A stretch of 64,000 nt of DNA from Bacteroidota bacterium. Lineage in GTDB: Bacteria > Bacteroidota > Bacteroidia > Bacteroidales > SKPS01. The notes beneath the pieces are model-generated. The model made no database searches and was not told the origin of the DNA. It worked only from the letters and a program-made list of their open reading frames with translations. A program made the position numbers and the translations under genes. Shown here piece after piece: positions 9,852 through 20,110 of this stretch. Position 1 is the first letter of the stretch. Each line of letters opens with the position of its first letter. The stretch spans positions 24,881 through 88,880 of the forward strand of contig JAKLII010000001.1 of the NCBI GenBank assembly GCA_022709695.1, in the 5' to 3' direction.

Positions 9852-11738
9852 ATGTCTATGATTTTAACGCGATTTTCCGGGATTTCCCTCCTCATAATAT
9901 TGTTTTTCATCTATATAGGAACCGGCGTTTCGGAAGCGCAGGTAAAAATTGAACGCCTTGAGCCACCCTGCTGGTGGACAGGGATGTCGGATCCTTCACT
10001 CCAGTTGCTGGTTTACGGAAAGGGCATCTCAAGCACCACACCTTCAGTTCAGTATCCTGGTGTATTGCTCGATTCTGTCGTTCGTACGGGAAACCCTGAT
10101 TATCTTTTCCTTTACCTCTCCATATCACCCAACACTGCTGCCGGGAAGTTGGAGATATTGTTTGCCGCTCCTCAGAAGGGAAAGAAAAAGCCACCGGTCA
10201 TCCACCATCCATTTGAACTGAAATCACGTGAGACAGGATCCGCCCAAAGGCAGGGTTTTACGTCTTCTGATGTGATATACATGCTGATGCCTGACCGTTT
10301 TGCCAACGGAGATCCCGCCAACGACTCGGTTGGCGGTATGCTTGAGAAAGCAAACCGCAGTAACCCCGATGGCAGGCATGGCGGTGATATACGCGGAATC
10401 AGGAACCATATCGGATATTTCAGGGAAACAGGCATAACCGCTTTGTGGATTAACCCGTTACTGGAGAATAACATGCATGCCTATTCCTACCATGGCTATG
10501 CAGCAACCGATTTCTACAGTATCGATCCCAGGTTCGGAACGCTGGACGAGTATCTTTCCCTTTCGGATGAGTTGCGAAAAAACGGCATAGGGCTGATCGC
10601 TGACATGGTGTTCAACCATTGTGGCCTGAACCACTGGTGGATGAACAACCTGCCAACCTCCACCTGGATCCACCAGTGGCCGGAATTTACCCGTTCAAAC
10701 TACAGGGCCGAAAGCCTGATGGATCCCTACGCTGCAGCATCAGACCAAAAAGAGATGCTGGAAGGGTGGTTTGACCGTGGCATGCCCGACCTGAACCAAC
10801 AGGACCCTCTGCTTGCCACCTACCTGATTCAGAACAGCATCTGGTGGATAGAAACTGCCGGGCTTACCGGTATCCGGATGGACACCTGGCCTTACGTGGA
10901 TGCTGGATTTACTGAGAAATGGATCGACAGGATCAGGGAGGAATACCCGAAATTCTCCGTTCTGGGTGAAACATGGCTTCAGAAAGAAGCGCATACCTCA
11001 TGGTTTCAGCAAAACCCCGCAACCCGTTTCAATTCCGGGTCAAACCTCACCTTTCTCACCGATTTCCCACTGAGTTATGCCATCAACAGGGCTTTCAGGG
11101 ATGAGGATTCCTGGACCGGCGGATTGTACGACCTGTATTATGTGCTGAGCCAGGATTTTCTGTATGCCAACCCCAAACACCTGATGACTTTTGTCGATAA
11201 CCACGATGTGCAACGGTTCTATTCGAACCAGGGCGATAACTACAACCTCTGGGATCTGGGCATGACCTTCCTCTTTACCACCCGTGGTATCCCGGTAATC
11301 TATTATGGTACCGAAATTCTGATGGAAGGTGAAAAGAGCAAAGGGGATGCAGACCTGCGGAAGGATTTCCCGGGAGGCTGGGCAGATGACACCGTGAGTG
11401 TACTTCTGGGCAGAGGGTTTAGCGCCGACCAGATGAAGGCGCTTAACCGCTTCAGGCAGCTGGTAAAGCTCAGAACCGAAGGGATTTACCATCAGGGTGA
11501 TCTGGTGCATTTTGTACCCAGGGATGGCGTGTATGTGTATGGCTGGAGCCACTATTACGAGAACCTGCTGGTGATACTGAACAAGAATTCGTCGGAAACC
11601 CTGTTTGATCCGGAAAGGTTCCGTGAACTGACAGGCGGAAAAACCCTGGGGATTGAATACTTCACCCAGGAAGTTTACTCCCTGGATAAGCCTTTTGTAA
11701 TTCCTCCTCAAAAACCATTGGTCCTGTATCTTAAATAA
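9852..11738 (+). CDS. GH13 cyclomaltodextrinase/neopullulanase-like enzyme (SusA-like), signal peptide
   Basis: Start moved to ATG 9852 because the track start 9777 lies inside the terminator. It has a cyclomaltodextrinase-N-like domain (VKIERLEPPCWWTG...). GH13 motifs are DMVFNHCG, GIRMDTWPY, VLGETW and FVDNHDVQRF. Confidence 0.85.
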   Translation: MSMILTRFSGISLLIILFFIYIGTGVSEAQVKIERLEPPCWWTGMSDPSLQLLVYGKGISSTTPSVQYPGVLLDSVVRTGNPDYLFLYLSISPNTAAGKLEILFAAPQKGKKKPPVIHHPFELKSRETGSAQRQGFTSSDVIYMLMPDRFANGDPANDSVGGMLEKANRSNPDGRHGGDIRGIRNHIGYFRETGITALWINPLLENNMHAYSYHGYAATDFYSIDPRFGTLDEYLSLSDELRKNGIGLIADMVFNHCGLNHWWMNNLPTSTWIHQWPEFTRSNYRAESLMDPYAAASDQKEMLEGWFDRGMPDLNQQDPLLATYLIQNSIWWIETAGLTGIRMDTWPYVDAGFTEKWIDRIREEYPKFSVLGETWLQKEAHTSWFQQNPATRFNSGSNLTFLTDFPLSYAINRAFRDEDSWTGGLYDLYYVLSQDFLYANPKHLMTFVDNHDVQRFYSNQGDNYNLWDLGMTFLFTTRGIPVIYYGTEILMEGEKSKGDADLRKDFPGGWADDTVSVLLGRGFSADQMKALNRFRQLVKLRTEGIYHQGDLVHFVPRDGVYVYGWSHYYENLLVILNKNSSETLFDPERFRELTGGKTLGIEYFTQEVYSLDKPFVIPPQKPLVLYLK

Positions 11739-11755
11739 CCCTTATCCTGATTACT

Positions 11756-14131
11756 ATGGAAAGAAAGAGGTTGTTCACCCTGGTGTTTGCTTTTGCAGCC
11801 GTATGGTTGTTATTCTCCTGCAGACAGCAACCCGCCCCTGACCCCGGGGTCATAACGCTGCACCAGCCGGTTTGGCTTGGATATGATACCACAAGAATCT
11901 GGTATTCTGATTTTATGCCTCCGGATACAGATCCCGATTCTATAGTGATTCTGGATCAAAGAGTACCTGTGCAGAATGGTGAAAAGTCATTTCTGTTTAA
12001 AGCCGATACCACCGTGCCCCCCATGTTTGCCATGCATCTGTGGTATAAGGGAAAAAGCACCGATGTATTGCTGAAGCGTTCACCTGTGGTGAAGATCAGT
12101 TATCGGTTTGATCCTGGCACCAAAGTCTACCGGTCGGTGTCCCTCAAAGGGGAATTCAACGGATGGACCCCTTCGCGCACCCCTCTCCAGCTGAAAGATG
12201 GAGTCTGGCAAACCGACCTGTTGGTTTCCGCCGGCAGATATCAGTATCTGCTGGTAGCAGATGGTGCGGAAATGACCGACCCGGGTTGCAGCCTGAAAGA
12301 GAGCAATCAGATGGGTGGTTTTAATTCGGTACTTGTGGCAGGAAATGATGGCGGAGGATATGCCCCTTTGCTGATACCGGAGAGGTCTTCACGACGGAAG
12401 ATATGGATCAGGCTGAAGCACCAGCCTGAACACTTTATCGTGCTGTGCAACAACAGGATCATTGATGAATCGCGTTACCGGGTCAATGCCGGTGAGCTGC
12501 AGATTCAGATTCCACGTGATGCATATAGGAATCAGAGATCGTGGATCAGGGTGTATGCCTGGAACAACGAAGGAGCTGGAAATGATGTACTGATACCGCT
12601 GGCAAAAGGCAGAGTCATAATGGATCCTTCGCAACTTTCAAGGAATGATCTGCACACCGCTATCATGTACAATGTGTTTGTCGATCGTTTCTTCAATGGC
12701 AATCCCGGAAATGATAAACATCTGCCTGACAGCATCGTTTTACCCAGGGCCAATTATTTCGGGGGTGATCTGGCGGGGGTGCTGCAGAAAGTGGAAGAAG
12801 GATATTTTAAAGACCTGGGTGTAAATACCCTGTGGCTCTCACCTGTAGTAAAAAATGCCGATGGTCCCTATGGCCAGTGGAATGATCCACCAACAAAGTT
12901 CTCATCCTACCATGGCTATTGGCCGGTGTCGTTTACGGAAACCGACAGCCATTTCGGTACGGCGGATGAACTGAAGGCCCTTTCGGAATCCCTGCATAAA
13001 GCCGGGATGAATATCCTGCTCGATTTTGTAGCCCACCATGTGCATCAGGATCACCCCTATTACAAGGCCAATCCGGATATCGCCACCAACCTGTACCTGC
13101 CTGATGGAACGCTCAATACCGAGAAATGGGACGTACACCGCCTCACTACCTGGTTCGATGTGTTTCTTCCAACCCTTAACCTCGAAAAGAATGAGGTGGC
13201 AAACCTGGTCTCAGATTCTACCGTATGGTGGTTGAATGAATTTCAGCTCGACGGGTTCAGACACGATGCTGCCAAGCATATCCCGTTGTCGTTCTGGAGA
13301 ATGCTTACCTATAAAGTAAGAAAGCAGGTGGTGTTTGCTGAAAAAAGGCCGGTGTACCAGATTGGGGAAACCTATGGCGGCAAGGAACTTATCGGAAGTT
13401 ATCTCGGTAGCGGCCTCCTCGACGCCCAGTTCGACTTTAATGTGTTTGATGCGGCGCTGGGTGCTTTTGCCGGCGGACGCCCATTTGTCCCGCTATCGAA
13501 TCGCCTGATGGAAAGTCTGGAATATTACGGACATCACAACCTGATGGGGAATATCACCGGTAACCAGGACCGTGGAAGGTTCATCTCCTATGCCGGAGGA
13601 GATCTGAAATTTGAGGAAAATGCCAAAGAGGCAGGCTGGACCCGGGAGATTGGTGTCGGTAATCCGGTAGGCTACAAACGTTTGCAGATGATGATGGCAT
13701 TTATCATGACCATCCCCGGAATTCCGGTGATCTACTACGGCGATGAATTCGGGATGCCCGGAGGCAATGACCCTGATTGCAGGAGGATAATGCGTTTTGG
13801 AGATCAGCTCAGTGATCCTGATAAAGAGAACCTCAGTATTACCCGCAATCTTACAGGTATCAGACGGAATAATCTGGCATTGCAGTATGGTGATATTACC
13901 TGGCATCTTGTGGATGAACACGTTTTCGCTTATGCAAGATCCTACTTCGGCAATACCGTAATTGTGGTTTTCAACAATAGCCTGGAAGAAAGGAAAATCA
14001 GCATCGACCTCACGGATTTTGCACCGGGGAAAAATTTCCTGCCCCGATTCGGCCATCAGGTAACATCGGGGAAAGATCTGCTTACCGTATCTTTACCCGG
14101 CAATTCATTCGAAATACTCATTAATCCCTGA
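11756..14131 (+). CDS. GH13-family lipoprotein with E-set/CBM48-like N-terminal domain; atypical conserved regions I and IV
   Basis: Lipobox LLFSC. It has the module SLKGEFNGWTPSRTPLQLKDGVWQTDL. The GH13 catalytic triad regions are GFRHDAAKH, IGETYG and GNQD. Region I reads DFVAHH. Confidence 0.8.
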   Translation: MERKRLFTLVFAFAAVWLLFSCRQQPAPDPGVITLHQPVWLGYDTTRIWYSDFMPPDTDPDSIVILDQRVPVQNGEKSFLFKADTTVPPMFAMHLWYKGKSTDVLLKRSPVVKISYRFDPGTKVYRSVSLKGEFNGWTPSRTPLQLKDGVWQTDLLVSAGRYQYLLVADGAEMTDPGCSLKESNQMGGFNSVLVAGNDGGGYAPLLIPERSSRRKIWIRLKHQPEHFIVLCNNRIIDESRYRVNAGELQIQIPRDAYRNQRSWIRVYAWNNEGAGNDVLIPLAKGRVIMDPSQLSRNDLHTAIMYNVFVDRFFNGNPGNDKHLPDSIVLPRANYFGGDLAGVLQKVEEGYFKDLGVNTLWLSPVVKNADGPYGQWNDPPTKFSSYHGYWPVSFTETDSHFGTADELKALSESLHKAGMNILLDFVAHHVHQDHPYYKANPDIATNLYLPDGTLNTEKWDVHRLTTWFDVFLPTLNLEKNEVANLVSDSTVWWLNEFQLDGFRHDAAKHIPLSFWRMLTYKVRKQVVFAEKRPVYQIGETYGGKELIGSYLGSGLLDAQFDFNVFDAALGAFAGGRPFVPLSNRLMESLEYYGHHNLMGNITGNQDRGRFISYAGGDLKFEENAKEAGWTREIGVGNPVGYKRLQMMMAFIMTIPGIPVIYYGDEFGMPGGNDPDCRRIMRFGDQLSDPDKENLSITRNLTGIRRNNLALQYGDITWHLVDEHVFAYARSYFGNTVIVVFNNSLEERKISIDLTDFAPGKNFLPRFGHQVTSGKDLLTVSLPGNSFEILINP

Positions 14132-14139
14132 ATATACCC

Positions 14140-15492
14140 ATGAAGAAACCCATCCTTATTGCTGCGGCAGTTGCTCTCTGTGCAACAGCATGCCATAATG
14201 AACAAAAAAATGAATCCATGAAGATGAACGGAACCCATGAAGACTGGTCGAGGAGCGCAGTGATCTACGAGGTAAACATCAGGCAATACACACCTGAAGG
14301 CACCTTTAACGCTTTTTCCACGCATCTTCCAAGGCTTCAGAAAATGGGCGTTGACATTCTGTGGCTGATGCCGGTTCATCCCGTTGGAGAACTCAACCGC
14401 AAAGGCTCACTGGGAAGCTATTATGCCGTAAAGGATTACCGGGCGGTAAATCCTGAGTTCGGAACGATGGAGGATTTCAGGAATCTGGTAAACAAAGCAC
14501 ATGACCTGGGGATGAAGGTGATGCTCGATTGGGTCGCCAATCATGCAGCCTGGGATAATGTATGGACCATTACCAATCCAGACTTTTTCGAGAAAGATGA
14601 AAAGGGAAAATTCGTTTCACCCTACGACTGGACCGATGTGATTTCACTGGATTATAACAACCGGCAGATGCGCGACTCGATGATTGCGGCCCTGAAGTTC
14701 TGGATCACAGAAACGGGCATCGACGGGTACCGCTGTGATGTGGCAGGTATGGTACCTACCGATTTCTGGGACGAAGCGCGTAAGGAGCTGGAAGCATTAA
14801 AACCTCTGTTCATGCTGGCTGAGGATGAAGATAATGCAGATCTTCTCAGAGAAGCCTTCGATATGAATTATGCCTGGAAGGTGCATAAAATCATGAATGG
14901 GATTGTGAAAGAGGAAAAAACCCTGCAGGATCTGCAGGATTATTTCCGATGGAATGATTCCGCATTTAAACCGGATGATTACCGGATGAATTTCATCACC
15001 AACCACGACGAAAACTCATGGAACGGAACGGAGTTCGAGCGCCTCGGGGCTGCTACGGAGGCTTTTGCAGCATTCACCTTTGTGATGCCGGGCATGCCGT
15101 TGATGTACAGCGGTCAGGAAGCCGGCCTGGATAAGAGGCTCAGGTTTTTTGACAAGGACACCATTGACTGGACCACCGTAAAATATGAGGATCTGTACAG
15201 CAATCTTATCAGAATCCGAAAGAAGAATTCATCCCTCTGGAGTGGTTCCTATGGCGCACCCATGGAGATGCTGAAAACCAGCAGCCCGGAACAGGTGTTT
15301 GCATTTATCAGGCAGAATAACCAGGTGGCCATTGCTGCTGTATTCAATTTTTCCGATAAACCCTGCAACGATCTGAAGATAAACCTCGACGGAAACTGGA
15401 AGAATATGATGACCCGGGACAAGATGCGGTTCAGGGAAGAGACGCGTATTAGTCTGAAACCATGGGAGTATCTGATTCTCAAGCAGAAGTAA
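14140..15492 (+). CDS. GH13 alpha-amylase lipoprotein
   Basis: Lipobox LCATAC. GH13 regions are DWVANHAA, DGYRCDVAGMVP, MLAEDE and FITNHDENSW. Confidence 0.88.
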   Translation: MKKPILIAAAVALCATACHNEQKNESMKMNGTHEDWSRSAVIYEVNIRQYTPEGTFNAFSTHLPRLQKMGVDILWLMPVHPVGELNRKGSLGSYYAVKDYRAVNPEFGTMEDFRNLVNKAHDLGMKVMLDWVANHAAWDNVWTITNPDFFEKDEKGKFVSPYDWTDVISLDYNNRQMRDSMIAALKFWITETGIDGYRCDVAGMVPTDFWDEARKELEALKPLFMLAEDEDNADLLREAFDMNYAWKVHKIMNGIVKEEKTLQDLQDYFRWNDSAFKPDDYRMNFITNHDENSWNGTEFERLGAATEAFAAFTFVMPGMPLMYSGQEAGLDKRLRFFDKDTIDWTTVKYEDLYSNLIRIRKKNSSLWSGSYGAPMEMLKTSSPEQVFAFIRQNNQVAIAAVFNFSDKPCNDLKINLDGNWKNMMTRDKMRFREETRISLKPWEYLILKQK

Positions 15493-15567
15493 ATTGAATT
15501 GAGAATCAATCCTCCTTAAGCAGCTGTTTGTTTACCTTTGCCGGCGATTGAACCTTAACCGTTACCT

Positions 15568-17229
15568 ATGCTCCAAAGGCTTGTCATTACCAACTATGCC
15601 TTGATCCGTCACCTCGATCTTTCGTTTGGAGCGGGGTTATCTACCCTTACCGGTGAAACCGGAGCCGGGAAATCGATTATGCTGGGAGCCCTGGGTCTTG
15701 TGCTTGGAAACAGGGCAGATACACAGGTCCTCTGGGATAAGGAGGAAAAATGTGTGGTGGAAGCAACCTTCAGGGTGCAGGGATATCAGCTGGAAGAGTG
15801 GTTCAGCGGGAATGACCTCGATTATCTGCCCGAAACGATCCTGCGCCGGGAAATCACTCCGGCCGGTAAATCCCGTGCTTTTATCAACGATACTCCTGTA
15901 ACCCTGCCGCTGATGAAAGAGGTGGGTTCCCGCCTGGTGAACATTCATTCCCAGCATGAGATCCTCCTGCTCAATAACCGCGATTTTCAGCTTGCAGTGA
16001 TTGATTCGTTTGCTGGAATCGAAAAGGAGGTGGACGCCTATCAGACATTATTCAGGGATTATACCCGCCTGAGGGAAAAACTCGCTGCGATAAGGGAAGA
16101 ACATGCCGCGCAGATCGCACAGCAGGACTACGACATGTTTTTGCTGGATGAACTCCGTCTGGCTGAACTGGACAAGGTTGATCTGCAGGCCATGGAAGCC
16201 TCGTGCCGCATGCTAGAACATGCCGGGGAAATCAGGCTGGTGCTGCACAGGCTGCTGGATCTTTTCAGCAATGAACCGGTGAACCTGATATCAGCCTTTC
16301 GTAATGCATCTGAAAGCCTGTACCGTATGGAAGCAGGCGGAAAGCTGGCACAAGTGGCAGAGCGGTTGAAATCGATGTGGCTCGAAACAGACGATTTAAA
16401 CCGTGAAATGGAACTCCTTGCCGGTGAAGTGGATGACAACCCCGAAGAGCTCGCAACCATCCGTGACCGGTTGAGCCAGCTGTACCATATCATGCAGAAG
16501 CACCGGGTAAACGACCTGGCAGGCCTTATCAGCATTCGCGATACGCTCAGCGAGAAATGGCTGAAGCACAATGACCGTGGAACCGAAATCTCCAGGATCT
16601 CGGCTGAATGTGAAATAAAATATCAGGAACTAAAGGATCGCTGCGCAAAGCTTTCCAGGGAAAGGGCACAGGCCTCCAAACCCCTTGCGGAACATCTGGG
16701 CGGTATTCTTGCAAAGCTCGGGATGCCACTGTCAGCAGTGAATTTTCAGATCACTCCTTTGCCGGAACCCGGTGCAGATGGGTCGGACCATGTAGAGTTG
16801 TTGTTCAGCGCAAATGCAGGTTCAGATCCAAGTCCGGTGAGCAGGGTCGCCTCCGGTGGGGAACTGTCGCGCCTGATGCTGGCCATAAAATCGGTGCTTT
16901 CGACCCGGCAGCTGATCCCCACCATCATCTTTGATGAGATTGATGCAGGAGTATCCGGTGAGATTGCCGGGAAAGCCGGTAACATCATGCAGCAGATGGG
17001 ATCTTCAATGCAGGTGATTGCCATCACCCACCTGCCACAGATTGCTGCCAGGGGAGCAGAACAGTTTCAGGCATCAAAATATCTTGAAAACGGACGTACT
17101 TTTTCGGTGGTGCAGAAGCTGACCCCCTCCGAGCGTATTGAGGCCATTGCCCGGATGCTGAGTGATGGCGACCCCACACCCGAATCGCTGGCGAATGCCC
17201 ACAGGCTCATGCTTAGGGATAAAAGGTGA
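15568..17229 (+). CDS. recN: DNA repair protein RecN
   Basis: 553 aa. The N-terminal Walker A is LTGETGAGKSI, followed by a long coiled coil and the C-terminal SMC signature ASGGELSRLMLAIK plus FDEIDAGVSG. Confidence 0.93.
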   Translation: MLQRLVITNYALIRHLDLSFGAGLSTLTGETGAGKSIMLGALGLVLGNRADTQVLWDKEEKCVVEATFRVQGYQLEEWFSGNDLDYLPETILRREITPAGKSRAFINDTPVTLPLMKEVGSRLVNIHSQHEILLLNNRDFQLAVIDSFAGIEKEVDAYQTLFRDYTRLREKLAAIREEHAAQIAQQDYDMFLLDELRLAELDKVDLQAMEASCRMLEHAGEIRLVLHRLLDLFSNEPVNLISAFRNASESLYRMEAGGKLAQVAERLKSMWLETDDLNREMELLAGEVDDNPEELATIRDRLSQLYHIMQKHRVNDLAGLISIRDTLSEKWLKHNDRGTEISRISAECEIKYQELKDRCAKLSRERAQASKPLAEHLGGILAKLGMPLSAVNFQITPLPEPGADGSDHVELLFSANAGSDPSPVSRVASGGELSRLMLAIKSVLSTRQLIPTIIFDEIDAGVSGEIAGKAGNIMQQMGSSMQVIAITHLPQIAARGAEQFQASKYLENGRTFSVVQKLTPSERIEAIARMLSDGDPTPESLANAHRLMLRDKR

Positions 17230-17282
17230 ACAAATCGGAAACCTGCCTGTTTTGTCTAAGTAATCGTTAAACATTTTTCTCT

Positions 17283-18158
17283 ATGGCATACAATCTACTG
17301 AAAGGAAAGCGGGGCATCATCTTCGGACCGCTCGACGACAAATCCATTGCATGGAAAGTGGCAGAACGTGCCCATGAAGAGGGAGCCCGTTTCACCCTCT
17401 CCAATACGCAGACAGCCATCCGCTTCGGAACCATCAGCGAGCTTTCAGAACGAACAGGATCAGAAGTGATTGCTGCCGATGCCACTTCGGTGCAGGATGT
17501 GGAGCAGGTGTTCCGGCGTTCGATGGAGGTATTGGGTGGAAAGGTTGATTTTGTGCTCCATTCCATAGGCATGTCACTCAATGTGAGAAAGGGGAGGAAA
17601 TATGACGACCTCGATTACGGTTATTTTATGAAAACGATGGATATTTCAGCCTTTTCGTTTCACAAGATGCTGCAGGTGGCACGCAAGATGGACGCCATCA
17701 GCGAATGGGGTTCTGTGGTAGCCCTTTCCTATGTGGCAGCCCAAAGAACCCTTTTCCGCTACAACGATATGGCCGATGCAAAGGCAGCCCTCGAATCCAT
17801 CGCCAGAAGTTTTGGATACATCTATGGAAGAGATAAAAAAATCAGGGTGAATACGATATCCCAGTCACCCACCATGACCACCGCCGGAAGTGGGGTGAAG
17901 GGTATTGATAACCTCATCGATTTTACCGACCGAATGTCACCACTCGGAAATGCAACTGCCGATGAATGTGCCGATTACTGTGTAACCCTGTTTTCAGATC
18001 TCACACGAAAGGTTACTATGCAAAATCTGTTTCATGACGGAGGCTTCTCCAGTATGGGTATGAGCCTGAAAGCCATGATGATGTACAACAGAAGCCTCGA
18101 ATGCAAAGACTGCCTGGATCCCGACGATCCGGAGCTATTGAAATCCCTTGATGATTGA
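17283..18158 (+). CDS. fabI: Enoyl-[acyl-carrier-protein] reductase (NADH) FabI
   Basis: 291 aa. LKGKRGIIFGPLDDKSIAW... is typical of a FabI-type SDR, with a Tyr/Lys active-site region (LSYVAAQR...AKAALES). Confidence 0.85.
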   Translation: MAYNLLKGKRGIIFGPLDDKSIAWKVAERAHEEGARFTLSNTQTAIRFGTISELSERTGSEVIAADATSVQDVEQVFRRSMEVLGGKVDFVLHSIGMSLNVRKGRKYDDLDYGYFMKTMDISAFSFHKMLQVARKMDAISEWGSVVALSYVAAQRTLFRYNDMADAKAALESIARSFGYIYGRDKKIRVNTISQSPTMTTAGSGVKGIDNLIDFTDRMSPLGNATADECADYCVTLFSDLTRKVTMQNLFHDGGFSSMGMSLKAMMMYNRSLECKDCLDPDDPELLKSLDD

Positions 18159-18161
18159 CCT

Positions 18162-18956
18162 ATGAAACTTGAAAACCGTCGGATCTGGATCACAGGCGCA
18201 GCATCCGGGATTGGGGAAGCCATGGCGCGTCAGCTCTCTGGGGTAGCCTCCCTGCTGATCATTTCTGATCTGAATGCTGAACGTCTCCTCGCGCTTAAGC
18301 CTGAACTGGAAAAGGGGATTACCACGGTTGACGCCCTGCCCTTCGATCTCAGCAACCGGACAGAGGTTGAAAAAGCGGCAGACAAAGTACTGGCAACCTA
18401 CGGAGGAGTGGACTTGCTGATCAATAATGGCGGAATCAGTCAGCGCGGGCTCTTCTATGAGACTACTGAAGAAGTTGATCGCAGGATCATGGAAATCAAC
18501 TTCTTCAGCTATGTCGTACTTACTAAAAAGATGCTGCCGCCAATGCTTGCACAGGGTTTCGGGCACATCGCTGCCACCAGCAGCATGACCGGTAAGTTTG
18601 GTTTTCCCCTCAGATCCTCCTATGCTGCCTCAAAGCATGCTGTGCAGGGCTATTTCGAAACGGTGGGACTTGAATTGTACGACAGGGGAATCAGGGTAAC
18701 CGTAGCCTCTCCGGGAAGGATACGTACCAATATTTCAGTGAATGCCCTGTCGGGGGAAGGGACACGTTATGGTCAGATGGATCCCGGTCAGGCAGGAGGT
18801 ATGCCGGCAGAGAAGTGTGCAGCACGATACCTGAGGGCCATACGGCGGGATCAATGGGAAGTGTATATCGGTTATAATGAAATACTTATGATCTGGTTTA
18901 AACGCTATCTTCCGTGGTTATTCAGAAAACTGGCGTTGCGGGTGGGCAAAGTGTAA
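18162..18956 (+). CDS. SDR-family oxidoreductase
   Basis: TGAASGIGEA Rossmann motif, NNGG, and YAASKHA catalytic Tyr-x3-Lys. Confidence 0.85.
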   Translation: MKLENRRIWITGAASGIGEAMARQLSGVASLLIISDLNAERLLALKPELEKGITTVDALPFDLSNRTEVEKAADKVLATYGGVDLLINNGGISQRGLFYETTEEVDRRIMEINFFSYVVLTKKMLPPMLAQGFGHIAATSSMTGKFGFPLRSSYAASKHAVQGYFETVGLELYDRGIRVTVASPGRIRTNISVNALSGEGTRYGQMDPGQAGGMPAEKCAARYLRAIRRDQWEVYIGYNEILMIWFKRYLPWLFRKLALRVGKV

Positions 18957-19036
18957 ATCCCGCTTGAAGAAGGGTTACGGTTTTTGTACCTTTGCAGGTA
19001 CATTCGCATATGTACTTCTCAAAAAAACCAATCGCA

Positions 19037-20095
19037 ATGAAATATTCTATCGCAGGAATCCAGCAGGTGGGTGTTGGTGTTACAGATGTAAAAGAGGCAT
19101 GGGCATGGTACAGGGAGCATCTTGGGATGGATATCAGGATTTTTGAAGATGCCAGCATTGCCGGATTGATGTTGCCCTACACGGGAAATGAACCGCGGGA
19201 GCGATACGCAGTACTGGCTTTTAACCTTCAGGGAGGAGGGGGCTTTGAGATCTGGCAGCATACCGGCAAAAAACCCGTGTATGCTGATGAACCACACCGG
19301 CTGGGGGATACCGGGATTCTGATTACCAAAGTGAAGAGTTATAATCTTGAAGCCGCCCATTGTTTTCTGGTCCGGAAGGGCATTGCCGGCCTTTCAGGTA
19401 TCCAGAAGGACCCGGAGGGAAGGAAGTCTTTCTTTCTCAAAGATCCATGGGGAAATCTTTTTCAATTATGTGAAAGCAGCGATTTCTTCCATACCATGCG
19501 ACCCATCCACAATGGCGGAGTTTCGGGAGCAGTGATCGGTGTTTCGGATATGGAGAAGAGTTTCAGGGTGTATCGTGATCTGCTGGGGTATGACCAGGTG
19601 GTTTACGATATCAATGGCCATTTCATGGACCTTGAATACATTGAAGGTTCCGAGGGGAGGTTTCGCAGGGTATTGCTACGTCACAGCCAGCCCCGAAAAG
19701 GAGCTTTCAGCCCGCTGTTGGGCAAAACAGAGATTGAACTGGTACAGGCCCTTGACCGCCAGCCCAGACAGATTTTCCGCGATCGAATGTGGGGCGATCC
19801 CGGCTTTATACACCTCTGCTTTGATATCAATGGCATGGATGACCTTAGGGAAACCAGTGCCTCACATGGATTTCCCTTCACCGTGGATAGTGCAAAAAGC
19901 TTCGACATGGGCGAGGCTGCTGGCCACTTCAGCTATATTGAAGATCCGGATGGCACCCTGATCGAATTTGTTGAGACCCACAGACTTCCCCTCATAAAAA
20001 AACTGGGCTGGTATCTCGATCTGCGTAAACGAAACCCCGAGAAGCCCCTGCCGGGTTGGATGCTTAGGGCAATGCGGTTTAACAGGGTGAAATAA
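19037..20095 (+). CDS. VOC (glyoxalase/bleomycin-resistance/dioxygenase) family protein, two-module
   Basis: Two glyoxalase-like halves (IAGIQQVGVGVTDVKEAWAWY... and GVSGAVIGVSDMEKSFRVY...). Start trimmed to MKYSIAG. A TACCTTTG box lies at 18987-18994. Confidence 0.7.
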   Translation: MKYSIAGIQQVGVGVTDVKEAWAWYREHLGMDIRIFEDASIAGLMLPYTGNEPRERYAVLAFNLQGGGGFEIWQHTGKKPVYADEPHRLGDTGILITKVKSYNLEAAHCFLVRKGIAGLSGIQKDPEGRKSFFLKDPWGNLFQLCESSDFFHTMRPIHNGGVSGAVIGVSDMEKSFRVYRDLLGYDQVVYDINGHFMDLEYIEGSEGRFRRVLLRHSQPRKGAFSPLLGKTEIELVQALDRQPRQIFRDRMWGDPGFIHLCFDINGMDDLRETSASHGFPFTVDSAKSFDMGEAAGHFSYIEDPDGTLIEFVETHRLPLIKKLGWYLDLRKRNPEKPLPGWMLRAMRFNRVK

Positions 20096-20110
20096 AGGGA
20101 TCTGTTCCTC

